Of a stretch of 64,000 nucleotides of DNA, positions 35,880 through 48,824 are shown piece by piece. Each line of letters opens with the position of its first letter. Positions within the stretch are counted from its first letter, which is position 1. Source of the stretch: Phaeosaccion multiseriatum (taxonomy: Eukaryota; Protista; Ochrophyta, other classes); contig OZ218964.1 in assembly GCA_965112735.1 (NCBI GenBank), positions 806,001-870,000 on the forward strand, read 5' to 3'. The translations under genes were made by a program, and so were the position numbers. A model generated the notes under the pieces. The model saw only the letters and a list, made by a program, of their open reading frames with translations, was not told the DNA's origin and did no database searches.

Positions 35880-38800
35880 GCATGGCATCGGTTCGTGCAT
35901 TGTATGACAGCAGCGTCAGAGAGAGAGAGGGAGAGAGGGAGAGAGGCAGACAGAGAGACGAGAGCAGGAGGAGGGCGAAGAGAGAGAAAGAGCTGATCAG
36001 CCTCGACCAAGGCCAAGACGCGAGGAAAGAAAGACCGCAGTGGTTGGTGCATCGCTATACAAGCATGTCAGCACCGACGCACGGGCCAGACAGAGGAACG
36101 AGCCGCTCCGCCCCTCCCCCCACCTGCCCACCCACCTGCCCGGGAAGACGAAGTCGAAGAGGCTCCAGAGCTCCTTGAGGTTGTTCTGGATGGGCGTGCC
36201 CGTCAGACAGAGCCGGTGTGTGGTGCGCAGCCGCTTGCAGGCGAGCGTAACCTGCGCAAAGAGGCACACACACAGCACAAACGCGCACACACACAAAACA
36301 CACACCGCACACACACACACACACACACGCACGCACGCACGCACAACGCATCAAGATCCTCGTGAGCTTGAGGTGCCGTTCGAGTGTGCATGTGTGTCTG
36401 TGTGTCTGTCTGTATGTCCATCTGCCTGCCTCTCCATATGCCTCTGCCTACCTGCGTGCCTGTCCATATGCCTATCATTGTATCCATCCATCCACCCAAA
36501 ACCCTCCACGCACCTCAGCATCGGGATTCCTAATCTTCTGCCCCTCGTCCACAATGGCATAGTCCCATGTCTGCCGCAACAACGTATCCCCCATCGCCTT
36601 GAGACCATCGTAGGACGTCACCAACACAACCCCCGGTCGTAGTGCCAAGGCCTTTCGAAGCATGGCCCGGAGCTTCGTCGACGAGGAAGCTGCTGCACTA
36701 AAGACCGGGTTGGCCCTATGCAGCAACACTACCCGTAGCTCGGGTGCCCAGATGTGAAGCTCCTTGACCCAGTGCCCGAGCACCGTGGCGGGGGCGATGA
36801 CGATCGCCTGGCGATTGCGAGTGTATGTCCAAGTCAATCAGTTAAGTCAGGCAAGGCAAAGGGTGAACTTGGCGAAACCCTTACTACTTGTGTGGTGTGA
36901 GAGGCTTGCGAGCGATGAACTTTGCTCTCCTTGCCAGGAGAGTTGGGAGGTTTCCCCCCCAAACTACACTACATGCATCCTTTGACTCAAGTCCCGCCCC
37001 TTCTACACACACACACAGCATCTCGGGTACGTACGAAAGTCATTAACGACAAGAGCAAAAGGAAGGCCTCTTCTCAAAGCTTGCCATAAGGACAAGATCG
37101 ATAACACCTTACCTTGTACAGGAAATTGCTGCTGTGCAAAGCGCCCAAATAGGCCGCGATTTGGACCGTCTTGCCCAGTCCCATCTCGTCCCCCACGATG
37201 CCCCCCGCCCCCTGCAAGTGCAGCTGCCACATCCAGCGCATGCCCGTCTTCTGGTACTGGTATAGCTTGTCCGCGAGCCGCTGCGGAAGCAGCAGGCCCC
37301 GCGCAATGTCCACCATCAGTCCCGCTGGCCTCCGCCTCCGAGCTCGCTCCCCATCGTCGTCGTCGTCGTCCTCCTCCTCCTCTTCCTCCCTCCCCTCCTC
37401 ATCCTCCTGCAGTTGAAGCAACTCAATTCGCTCGTCATAATCTGCCTGGGCGAAGTCGTCTACGAAGCGGTCCGTCCTCGACGCACTCCCTCTCACTCGT
37501 AGGACTTTCCTCTTCTTCTCCCTCCTCCTCTTCTCCTTCTCCCTACGATCTTTTCCCTCCTTCTTTAGCAGCAGCATCTTTCCCATTGCGCGTTGCTTCT
37601 GCTTCTGCTGCCGCTTTGGCGCCGCTCCTCGCCCTCTCTTCCGTCTCCCCCGTCCACTATCATCCTCGTCCGTGCTGCTGTCCTCCGTACCGGTGTCCAG
37701 CAAATCTCCAACATCTTCCTCCTCCATGTCGTCATCCTCCTCCTCGTCCTCGTTATTATCATTGTCCTCTTCCTCTGAGCGGTAGTCTTCATCGTCATCA
37801 TCTCCCTCAAATTCCCGTCTCCATTCCCCAATCTCCCCCTCGTCTCCCTCCTCCTCCTCCTCCTCCTCCTCCTCCTCCTCCTCCTCCTCCTCCCGCTCAG
37901 CTCTGCCCCTTCTCCTGGGGGCAGCGGGGCGTCTCCGCCGTGGTGTTGATCTTGCCCCCTCTGTACGCGACCTCTTCTTCCCCGTCTTCTTTCTTCCCCT
38001 CAAACAAGAACCACCTCCACGCTTTCCATCTTCATCATCCTCCTCCTCCTCCTCCTCCTCCTCCTCCTCTTCCTCTACAATATGTTGGTCTTCCGTGTAA
38101 GACACAGCAGCAGCAGCGGCTCGTACCCCTCGGGGTCTCGGAGTTCCACATGCTCCGCAGGCGCGGGTACGCAGCGGGTTGAGCAGGGTGCAAGCGGGGC
38201 AGGCCCACTCCTCGGCAGTCCCAGAAGCAGCAGCACCACCACCACCCCCGCCGGTTGGTGATACAGCAGCCACGACTTGCCCATCCTCGGCGTCGCTACT
38301 CGAGCCCCCATCAGCACTACCGTGGGCGGCGCTAGATCGAGGTCGAGATGGAGCAGGAGAAGAAGCTGCCCTAGCCCTAGTCTGCCTTTCATCCTTCCGC
38401 GCCTCTCTGCGGCCAGCTCTCCTTCGTCTGTTACCGCCTGTGGTCTCATCCTCTTTCTTCTCCTTCTCCTCTTCCTCGTCCTCGTCCTCCTCGTCCTTCT
38501 CTTCCTCCTCGTCCTCGTCCTCCTCGTCCTCCTCCTCTTCCACTGCTCGTCGACGTGCACCCCTCCTACTGGGCTTACCCGAGGATTTTTCCTGTTTTGG
38601 AGTGGGCCCTCTGATTCCTCTTCTTCTTCTGCTACTGCTACTGCTGGTGCTGCTACCTCCTCCCCCCCTTCCGTTTCTGCGACCGCCCCCTTCTTCCCCC
38701 TCCTCGTCTTGATCGCTCTCTGGTTCACCTTCTTCATCGTCGCTCCCCTCACCCCCGCCATGGGCTGCCTTCTCTTCTTTCCTCGCCCTCCTCTTCTTCT

Positions 38801-39858
38801 TCACGAGGGCTTTCACCCAGTCATCATCATCCTCCTCCGTATAATCCTCATCCTCCTCGTCCTCCTCCGCCGGAGCATATCTCCTCATGCTCCTCTTCCT
38901 CTTCCTCTTCTTCGGAGCGGGCACCACTCCCACTGCCCCGGACGCAACTTTGTGTTGCATGACGGACATTCGCCCCTTCCCTCCAGCCCGGGCCTGGGGC
39001 GGTACCATAAGGGGCTGGAGGCCTGTCCCCCGATCAAACGGGGTGATGACTCCCAAGCGCACCATCTCTCTGCGCTGCGCGGCGAGACTCAAGCTGCTGC
39101 CTCCATCATCTTCGTCCTCCGCCTCCTCCAACCCTGCCACTGCTCTTGATCGACGACCGCCTTCCCTTCCTGCACGGGAATGACGTGCATCAGTATCCTC
39201 CCCACACTCGTCGTCACCCTCCTCCTCCTCGTGCTCCTGCTCCTCGGTCACACCTCTGTGACTCTGCCCGGCTCCGCTTCCAATGGCAGCAGCGTAGCCC
39301 TGTCTCTGCTTGATCATGGCTCGCAGGATCTGCTGTTTCATCTTGACCTTGTCCAGTACGGCAAGTCGCTTCTCCCCTCTGCGGGGGGTCGTGTGTGTAC
39401 GTAGGTTTGAAGGGAAGGAAGGGGGTGAGGAGGGAGAGAGATAAAGTACTCCCACAGGCAGAGTTATCTCGAGCGTGCACATCCGCTACTACGTACCTCC
39501 TTGTCATATCTGCTAGAGCCTCATCCAGTCCACTCAGGGCCGCTCTCAGCACGGAAGTGTTGGCCCTGGGACAGAAGGGATTTAAGGCCCGCTTGGGAAA
39601 GCCCAAGTATCCTCCGTTACGCGAGTTCACCGCAGACAGGCCTACGTTCGCCTGATACTCGGAGCCACCCCCTCCAGCGCTGATCCAGGGATCTTCCGTG
39701 TTGGAGGAGGCGCCCCCCCCGCTGCCATCCCCGTCACCAGGGGTGGCTGCCGTCGGGCTGAAAAAGCGCGGGATTTCCGCCCGCCGCTGCCGCGCTTCCG
39801 CATTGCCGAGCACCTCCTCCTCCACGGCATCGGATGACACAAGGCGGAAGTTGCTCAT
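32915..39858 (-). CDS. ERCC6: ERCC6/CSB/Rad26 SNF2-family DNA translocase (transcription-coupled repair)
   Basis: [12 protein letters not shown] (Rad26/CSB N-terminal motif), [130 protein letters not shown]; C-terminal winged-helix-like exon ending TAG at 32915. Confidence 0.93.
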
Positions 39859-40354
39859 GGTAGTTGCTACCGGTCCATCCTCACAGGGACTAGTTCATTG
39901 CGAGGGAAAGGGAAATCCCACCCTCTGGAGGGGTCGGGTACCGATCTCGCTCTCCCTCCCTCTTCCTTTCTGTGTGTGTGTGTGTCTCTCTCTCTCTCTG
40001 TCGCCCTCCTTCCCTATTCTGTCTTTTTCTCTCTTCTCTCTCTCTCTTCCTATTGCTCACTCTCTCTCACTCTTCCCACGCCCTTGCTCTCTTTGATGCA
40101 TTTTTCTCAATCGACACAGCTGGTCGGGTAAGGCGCGGCGGAAACCATTCCCCCTCGGGACCCCCGCGAACTTGGGAGAACTTTGCAGCAGCGAGGCAAG
40201 TAATAGAGAGTTGTGCGAGGGGAGTATAGAGGAGACTGGTGGAGGAAGGAGGTAAACCGCTTGAAGGAGGGCTTAATCTTTCTCCCGGTCAGGAAAGCCA
40301 GAGAGGAGTACAAGTCGGTAACGCCCGCCCGGCAGAGGACCGAGCGAACAAGGC

Positions 40355-42615
40355 ATGGGGAATGCTCAAGGGGGCGGCTTCCCCCCTCCCCAGCGAGGGG
40401 CAGGGAAGCCGAGCGACAAGGACAAGGACAAGGAGAAGAAGAAGAAGAAGTTCGAGCCGCGCCCTCCTCTGCGGAGCGGAAGGAAGAAGCGGAAGAAGGG
40501 GCCGGCGACAGCAGTGCGAACACCAGCAGGTAGGTGTAGCAGGGGCTTGTCAGATAGGGCCTTCGGGGGTGCATGCCCGTCCTGTGGAGTGCTGGGAGAG
40601 GGTCTCTTGGGGATGCTGTCTGACAACTACTCTCATTGAGTGACGCATATTTATATCTCCGTGTGTGTTGTTCCTTCCCTCAACTGCTACTGCCGCCATA
40701 TTTCTTCTTGCTCGCCTCCACGTGCAGTATTCCCCACGACCAAATGCCGGCTGCGCCTCCTGAAGCTGGAGCGCATCAAGGATTTCCTTCTGCTTGAAGA
40801 GGAGTACATTCGGAACCAGGAGGTGTTCAAGCCGAGAGAGGAGAAGGACCAGGAGGAGAGGACCAAGGTGAGCGCAGAGAGACGCCGAGATGGGCCTGCT
40901 TGAACACCACTGAGAAGAAGGGGAAATGAGCAGTAGCGGCGACAGAGGCGGAGTTACCTGCAAAAGCTTTGGGTCGAGTCGAGCTGCCGAGTGGGAAGGG
41001 TGGTTGTGCTATTCAGCAGACCCAGGACCCGGCCTTGGACCCCCGCCTATCGGGAAACTCGGTAGACAGACTCGCCGCTTCATGCTTGTACTATATACCC
41101 TACTCCATCGACTCACCTATGTGCGTTGCGTATTGCGTCACAATGAACCGAAGGTGGAGGAGCTGCGAGGAAGCCCCCTCTCTGTGGGCACCCTGGAGGA
41201 GATGATTGACGATAACCACGCAATTGTGAGCAGCAGTGTGGGGCCCGAGTACTATGTCAACGTCCTGTCCTTTGTCAACCAAGACCTGCTAGAGCCGGGC
41301 TGCTCCGTGCTCCTGCATAACAAGGTCATGTCGGTGGTGGGTATCCTTGGAGACGACGCAGACCCCATGGTCAGTGTGATGAAGGTAGACAAGGCCCCTC
41401 TGGAGAGCTATGCGGATATTGGGGGATTGGAGACGCAGATTCAGGAGATTAAGGAGGCCGTGGAGCTGCCCCTGACACACCCGGAGTTGTACGAGGACAT
41501 TGGCATCAAGCCACCCAAGGGCGTTATCCTATACGGAGAGCCGGGGACGGGCAAGACTTTGCTGGCCAAGGCGGTGGCCAATCAGACGAGTGCGACTTTC
41601 CTGCGGGTGGTGGGGTCGGAGCTGATCCAAAAGTACTTGGGAGACGGACCCAAGTTGGTGCGGGAACTGTTTCGTGTGGCGGATGACCACTCGCCCACCA
41701 TTGTCTTTATCGATGAGATCGACGCCGTGGGCAGCAAGCGGTACGACAGCAACAGCGGCGGGACAAGGGAGATTCAGCGAACCATGCTCGAGCTGCTGAA
41801 CCAGCTCGACGGTTTCGACGAGAGAGGCGATGTCAAGGTCAGTATCAGTCCCATCTCTCTACCGTGTTTAAGCTAGCCTCGCATTGTTCTGTGGTTGGAG
41901 GGGCTGCTGCCGCATGTAGAGAACCGCTGTTGTGCGGTCCCAACGAGGAGTCGAGAAGAGTATTGCGACGGATGGATGGGTGGATAGATGGATGGATGGA
42001 TGGATGGAAAGACTACTCTCCACCCTCTCTGCCCATGATGGTGCCCCTCTCTTCTCCTTCTCCTCATTCGCCCCCCTCCGGTCGTACCCTCGACTCCCCC
42101 ACCCACCCAACCCAGGTCATTATGGCAACCAACAAGATTGAGTCGCTGGACCCCGCCCTGATCCGGCCAGGACGAATCGACCGCAAGATCGAGTTCCCCC
42201 TGCCGGACGTCAAGACCAAGCGCCACATCTTCGGCATCCACACGTCTCGCATGACGATGTCCGAGGACGTGGATCTTGAGTCGTTTATCATGTCCAAAGA
42301 CGATCTGTCGGGGGCCGACATTAAGGCCATTTGCATGGAGGCCGGCCTGTTGGCCCTGAGGGAGAGGCGTATGAAGGTGAGTGGTTGTTGTTGCAGTGTG
42401 TTTTACTACACCTTTCAGAGAGCCTCATCTATTACATATGCATATGTTGCCATGTATTGTACCCTGGGCCGAAGTCTGCTTAACAGTGTAAACAATTGCG
42501 TACCTGACAAACGTATTCGCTTGAAATAAAGGTGACAATGGAAGACTTCACCAAGGCCAAGGAGAAGGCGCTGTACCGCAAGAAGGGAAACGTGCCCGAA
42601 GGACTCTACCTGTGA
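40355..42615 (+). CDS. RPT2: 26S proteasome AAA-ATPase subunit Rpt2 (PSMC1); exons 40355-40529, 40728-40867, 41154-41837, 42116-42376, 42532-42615
   Basis: MGNAQ N-myristoylation start, [67 protein letters not shown]-terminal PEGLYL. Confidence 0.98.
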
Positions 42616-43089
42616 GGGAGCTGGCTTGGTCGGTGGGGTGCCGAGGATCCCAAAGAGGGGTGGGCTGGGGGCCGCCAAGGGGTGTGCGTCCACGCAAGGA
42701 GCGGAGAGAAGCCCGCAGGCTTTCTTCCATGACACTGTGTGTCCTCTGCCTCTCGACGTGCGTGGGCTTATCCTCAAGGAGTGGGTGTATAGAGGCCAGG
42801 GTATGATGTGCTGATTCAGGCCGGCGTCGGCCCATCCTTCCTCCATCCTACTGTGTTGGTTGTCGTCCAAATATGCAGGATGGGTCCTTGGCTGGGGCTT
42901 GCCGGGTTTGGCCACAGCTGATCCCAATCTTCCTCCCAAGCCCCCCCCCCTTAATCTGAATATATCCCTCCGATTCAATAGCTGTCGTCTTGCCGAGAGA
43001 GAGGGTTTAAAAGCAGTGTTTACGTTAGCGTACCTACTCGCTAGCCTCCCCCCCATTCCGATCCCATTCCACGTTCAACCCCTGATACA

Positions 43090-43164
43090 CTATCCGCTAT
43101 CCGCTATCGCCGGCGCCAGCCGGCACGCTATCCGCTATCGGCCGGCTGCCGATAGCGCGCTATC
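43090..43164. promoter_or_regulatory. Cluster of CGCTATC/GATAGCG motifs (candidate cis-element)
   Basis: CGCTATC at 43095, 43102, 43126, 43133, 43158 and inverted at 43151; intergenic, ~470 bp upstream of ATG 43631. Confidence 0.35.
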
Positions 43165-43630
43165 ACAATGTGGGCGATGTGCTAGGGGTTGACCATGTTG
43201 CCGGACAATTGTCCCGAGAGTCATTTATTGACATAATATATTCCCGCGAAAGCCTCTCTCCTTTTTCAATCAAGAGAACAGCTGAATAGTCGCAGCTTCA
43301 TAACAAATGAAGGCTGCGGGTTGTTAATATGGCTGTGCCTGGAGCGTAGAAGCAGCGACGCGCGTCGTAAGCGTAGGCTGTGGCAACTGAGGGGTGATTT
43401 TTTCTTGAGGGCAGCGAAGCTTTCACCCAAGCAAGCAGGAGCGGAGCAACACCAACAACAGCTGCAGGCGGCTTTGGTTCTCCGGAAAGGAGGAAGAAGT
43501 TATCAGGTTCTTCTTGGCTCTGCTGTCTGCGCGACGCAGAGGGTGAGTAGGGACGGAGAAGCGGGTGTGAGCATCCGCCGACGAACGAGGCTGTCTCAGC
43601 GAAAGACGTGAGCAGGACAAGGGAGGCATC

Positions 43631-46030
43631 ATGAGGGGGCTTTCGGCTGTAAAGAGGACCACCATATTGGCCGTGGTTCTGGTACTCTGCAGCATTGACT
43701 CGGCTGCGGCCCTTTCGGACGATATGGACTGCTCCAACTTCGTGTCTACGAACCCCGAGGCCACGTACTCCGTAATGGCTGGCAATGTGCACAAGTCTCA
43801 GGAGGATGTGAACGCAGAGGCGAGGGCTCTCGATATCGACGAGCTGTCTGTTTTGGATGGAACTGCCGCGGACTCCCTGGACACGTATGCTCGTCTGACT
43901 GCGGACGGCGATGCTATTCTCGAGCTCTTCGACACAGAGGGCAAGGAAGATGAGGAAGGGGAAGACTCAGACTCAGGGACGGCAGTCATCGGCGCGGATG
44001 GCGAAGTATCTTCGCGCAGAGCCTCTGCGAGCAGAGACTCTTCGAGCAGAGACTCTTCGAGTGATGATTCCTCCTCGAGCGATGACCCCTCCCCGTTTCA
44101 TGACCGTGGCGACACGCACCCGTCTCGGCCCCAGTGCCGAGGGGGCCATCCCTGCCACACACGACCCTATCCACGCCGGGGTCACCGGGTCGGTGGCCGA
44201 GGTCGACGGGGTGGACGGGGTGGCGGTTCGTCATCGGACGACGGAGAGGCCGAGGAGGCCATGGAAGCGCTTCCTCCCTTCAGCACCACGGCCGCCTACC
44301 AGGGGTACGTGGACAAGGTTGCTATAGTGTTTCGCGACGAATCGGAGGGGGAAACCATGAGCCAGGTAAAGTGTTTCCAGACAAGATTATGATCGAACTA
44401 TACCTCTTCAATCAATGACTTCATTCCTTCGCTGCCCCCCCACCCCCCCCCACCGTCCCACCCACCTTCAAAGTCCAATCAATCGGCCCTCCGACGCTTG
44501 CACCTCCCTATTGACCTTCGCCCCCCCCCCCTCCTTCCCCCATTTCGCTTTCCTGATCCGCTCTCCTAACTGACTCGCTCTCCTGAATCACTCTGTGCTT
44601 TTATGCATCAGCTCGTCTCCACCATGTGGTCCGACACTGAGCAAGTCGACACGTCCTCTCTCAGCGAGGACCAACGGGCCTTCCTCTGCATGGCCCAGAG
44701 CTACGACCTTCACCCCGGGGACACCTTTCCTTTTGAGGGGCACTACTCCTCCGGCGGTGTGGTCAACTGGTCGAGAGCTACGGACCAAGCTGCACCGCTA
44801 ACAACTGGCAGCGACCGGTATATCCAATCCATCGAGCCCACTGTGCCCACAGGGGACGACGGTGACAAGCTTCTCGCCACACGGGACGAGGCTGGAAACT
44901 ACCACTACTTTGTGGTGTATGGCGATGGGGACTGCTCCTCCTCCTCCTGTACTGAGTTGGAGGTGCTCTACTTCTTCTCAGCAGAGGCCGGAAAGGTGGG
45001 GTACGTGGGCAAGTGGGTGGATGAGGTGTTGCCAGACGACGCCGCAACGACAACAGCAGCACCAACAGCTACACCAACACCCACGCCCACGACCACACCC
45101 ACCAGCACGGATTCGGTGGTTCACGTCAGACCCCAGTCACAGCCACACTTGAAGGGTAGCAACACCGGCTCCTCTTCGCAGAAGGCGCAGACCGCCGAGG
45201 AGGAGGGACGAGGTGGGTACACGCGGGGGGGCGCGGAGGGTGGGCGACGCACTGAAGAAGAAGGACAAGAAACGACCCACGTGTCTACCACCTCTTCGTC
45301 GTGGTCGATGGCGGACGAGGAGCCCTGCTGGCTGGAGGGGTTTCAGAAGCTGCACGAGACTAGGGCGGGGGGGCAGACGAGCACGACCCTGCTTTCCGAA
45401 ACGTTCGCCACGGATGCCGAGGAAGACATGGAGAAGGCCTTCGCGGCTGCTTTCGCCAACGGTGCAGGAGGGAGCAGTGTGGGTGACACAAGCAAGCCCA
45501 GTGGTGGCAGTGGCAGTGGTAGCGGCGGCAGCGAGTCCTCCTCGAGCAGCGAGGGGATGAGCCAAGCGCAGACGATGATGGTGCTCGTGGGGGGCTTGGG
45601 GGCGTGTGTAGCCCTCCTCGCCACGGGTGGGGCGGTGGCCTACAAAAAGAGGAAGAAGAGCGCGAATCCTACCATTGTCGAGGCGCCTCGCACGCCGTAC
45701 TCGGAGCGAGGAGGGGGCGGCGAGCTGAGTGTAAAGGGCAAGCAAGTGGCCTTCTTCGGAGAGGAGCACGCCGACCCGGACGAGATTCAAGCAGCCCCTG
45801 CCAGAGACGAGCACGACGACTTTGATGGGACAGAGACGATGAAGAGTGTCGACTTGGCCACGCCCAAGGGGAGAGGAGGCGGATGGGGAGAAGGAGGAGG
45901 AGGGGAAGGGGAAGGAGGAGGGGGAGGAGGAGGAAAGAGGGTGGGGGCGTGGAGTCCTCGTGCTTTGTCTTCACCCAAGTCTTTGTCGTCTGGGGACTCC
46001 TTCGATGACGCCGACCCGTACGCGTCGTAG
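43631..46030 (+). CDS. Type-I membrane protein of unknown function; exons 43631-44365, 44612-46030
   Basis: Signal peptide, acidic globular ectodomain, Thr/Pro stalk, TM helix MMVLVGGLGACVALLATGGAVAY followed by KKRKK, cytoplasmic tail. Confidence 0.75.
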
Positions 46031-46340
46031 CTGGTGTCAGGTGTCAGGTGCCAGGTGGTAGTAGGTAGTTTCGGCACAGCCGTTTCAGTAGTTCGGTAGT
46101 GGGTATTGGGGCCGTCTGGCTCTAATGGGGTAGGGTGGCCTAGGTGTATAGGGAGGAGTTCTCCCTTTGTGTCGAGTGGTAGACTTATGTTTGTTCGTCA
46201 TGGGTGTCGATTTTAGTTGTGTGGGTGGGTGGCGCGTTGTCGTGCAAACCTTCAGTCCTATAGCAAAGAGTAGTGGGGGTGAATCATTAGATCATATTAC
46301 GTGGGATCGAGTAAGTACACCAGTTTCTGCCATTCTCTCC

Positions 46341-47820
46341 CTACGGACAGAACTGCTTCATGTACTCGAGAGCCACGATTCGCGCTCGGGCGTTGATGGC
46401 GATCTTCATGCCGCTGATCTCCTTGTCAATATCTTCCATGAATTCAATCACAAAGTCCACCAGTCTGATCGAGAGGGGGGGGGGGAGGTGGGTTTAGGAT
46501 ATCAGAAGGGCAACATAAGAGCATGAGCAAGCAGCCTGACTAAGGAAGGGGAGGAAGAGAGAAAATGAGCACAATAGAGAGGGGAGGGAGAAAAGGGAGA
46601 AAGAGAAGGAGCACAACAGCGAGGGGAGGGAGAAAGACAGGAGCAAGTACATCAATTCGACGTTCGTACTTGTTCTTCCACATCTTTTCCAAGTGTGTGT
46701 GTGTGACGAGGAAGCTGATGTCGTACCCTTCCACGGCCTTTCGCCGCATGATGATGAAATGCTCGCTCCTAAGGTATGTATGTATGCAGGAAGGTAGGTA
46801 GGTAGGTAGGGAGGGAGGGACAGCACACACAAGCAGGACGTAAGACAGAAGGCCACGTACGTGTTGAAGAAGGGGACAGAAGGGGCAGGCGATGAAGGAG
46901 TACACCAGCATCATGGGCGTGGGTCGTGCACTACCTTCGTTAGCAGATATGTCATACGTCTATCTCGCTTCTCTTCCTTCCCTCCTCTCCTTGTCTTGTC
47001 TTGTGATAAAGTACTACCAACAAACCTTTGCATTAGGAAGCGTGTGAATTTCCGGCATAGAATGTGCTCAATCTCGTCTGCCTGCTTGACTCCTGCAGTG
47101 CGGAACAGAGAGGCACACACACACACACCCAGCGCAGAGAGCGGCATTCATTCAGGGCATGGCAGGGTGGGGGGGGGGGGGGTGTCAATGGGTGGGTCGG
47201 TGGATGGATCTGGGTAGACGAGAGATCAGAGTGAACAACGCGATGGCAGGCGAATGAATCCATCGTGCTGGGAGGGTGCACTTACCGATGCTGACCCTGA
47301 TGGAGTTGACTGAGGGCTCTATTAAGCACCTTTCCTGCTCGTTTCTGCATATTGTGATTGGGTTGAGCAGCAGCTCTTTGCTGCCCCGTACCTCTACCTC
47401 GGGCTTGTTATGGCGCTCCACCGTCTGCGAGGGGAAGTTTCGGAGGCATAGCGAGCCGTCCAGAGTCCCCTTTACCGTGTTCAGGTATGGGCGAAGAGTG
47501 TTGGCCTGGGGGGGGGTGAGGGGCAGGCGGTGAGCCGTAGAGGTAACGGGGGGGGGGAGGAAAAGGACGTTGGATGAATGGAAAGGTAGAAAGGGTGGGT
47601 GCCTCAAGGAAGTAAAGTGGAGGGGGGGGGGCTGGATGAAAGGTGGCGCTGCGCGGCAGAGAGGCAAGAGGATCGAAAGAGGGCGAGTTGGAAGAGGAAG
47701 GAACGATTGATCACGGCGAGGAGGACTATTGCGTGGGGAGTGAAGAGTCCCCGCCCATGAAAGCGATGGCCTATCTTTGGAGTCGGGGCTCGGCTCGCAC
47801 TGTTCCTGTCCACGTACCAT
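46341..47820 (-). CDS. ARPC4: Arp2/3 complex subunit 4 (p20-Arc); first coding exon is ATG only (47818-47820)
   Basis: [106 protein letters not shown]. Confidence 0.97.
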
Positions 47821-48824
47821 CTTGCAAAGAAGCGCCGCACCCTCCCCCAAAGCTTCTCTCCTTTTTGCTCCTCAGTGCCGTGTCCCACGCCCCCTCACGC
47901 TTATTTTTCTCGGGTTAGAGAGCAACAAGGAGACAAGGGGGGGGGGGGAGAACTAGCGAGACAAAAGTGGAGGAGAAGAGGCCACGGGCAGAGAGCAAGG
48001 AAGGAATCAAGAGGGGGGAGAGCTACATAAGTTGGGGTTGGGGCAGTGTCAGTTTCAGGTGGATGGATACACGGTACCCAAGCGTGAGTAGGGTGCTGGA
48101 TTTGCGGGTTTGTGAAAGAAGGTGCAGCAGCAGGGAGGTCAGCACGCTAGACGGGAGGAGGAGTCTTCGCGGAAGCCTTAAATGGACACGACGGAGGACT
48201 TGAGCTCACTCGGTACGTCTGAGTGCTCCGAGGGTTCTTAATGAGCTCCCCCCCAAATCCTTCGATCCCTCAGCTCTGCTCTCAACTCCACCCCCTCCTC
48301 GCTACCGCAACCGGCCCCCTTTTTTGCCTTTCTCCTTCCTATCTTCCCTTCCACACCTCTCTGCCTCTCTGCACCCTCCCTCCCTCCCCCCTCACACCCC
48401 CCTCGTCGGCTTCTCCTTTGCCTCCTCTCCCTCTTCCCCCCCCTCCTCTTTCTACCACTTTTCTGCAACACGACTCTTGTCGTGATGCATTTGCGCATAC
48501 TCAGAGAATTTCCTTGACAACAAGACACGAAGCCGCTCAGGAGGCAAGCCAGGTGTGTTAAAAGGATACCAAACTCCCTCCCTTCACCTCGCCCCTCAAA
48601 ATATTAAAATGTCGAGTGCTTGGTTGAAAACTCAATGCAGACCCCGAGAGGACGAGTCAGCTGAATGGGTGGTCACCAGTCCTGGACAGTAGGAAGACGG
48701 CGGGGTCACTGGTGAGTCCAATAGGAAGGTTAAGGGGTGTACAGTACTACCTTGGCCATAATACTGTTCACTGCCTCTGGCTCAGAGTCTCGGCCTGGAC
48801 GAGCTAAGCTTGGGGGCTGCAGCC

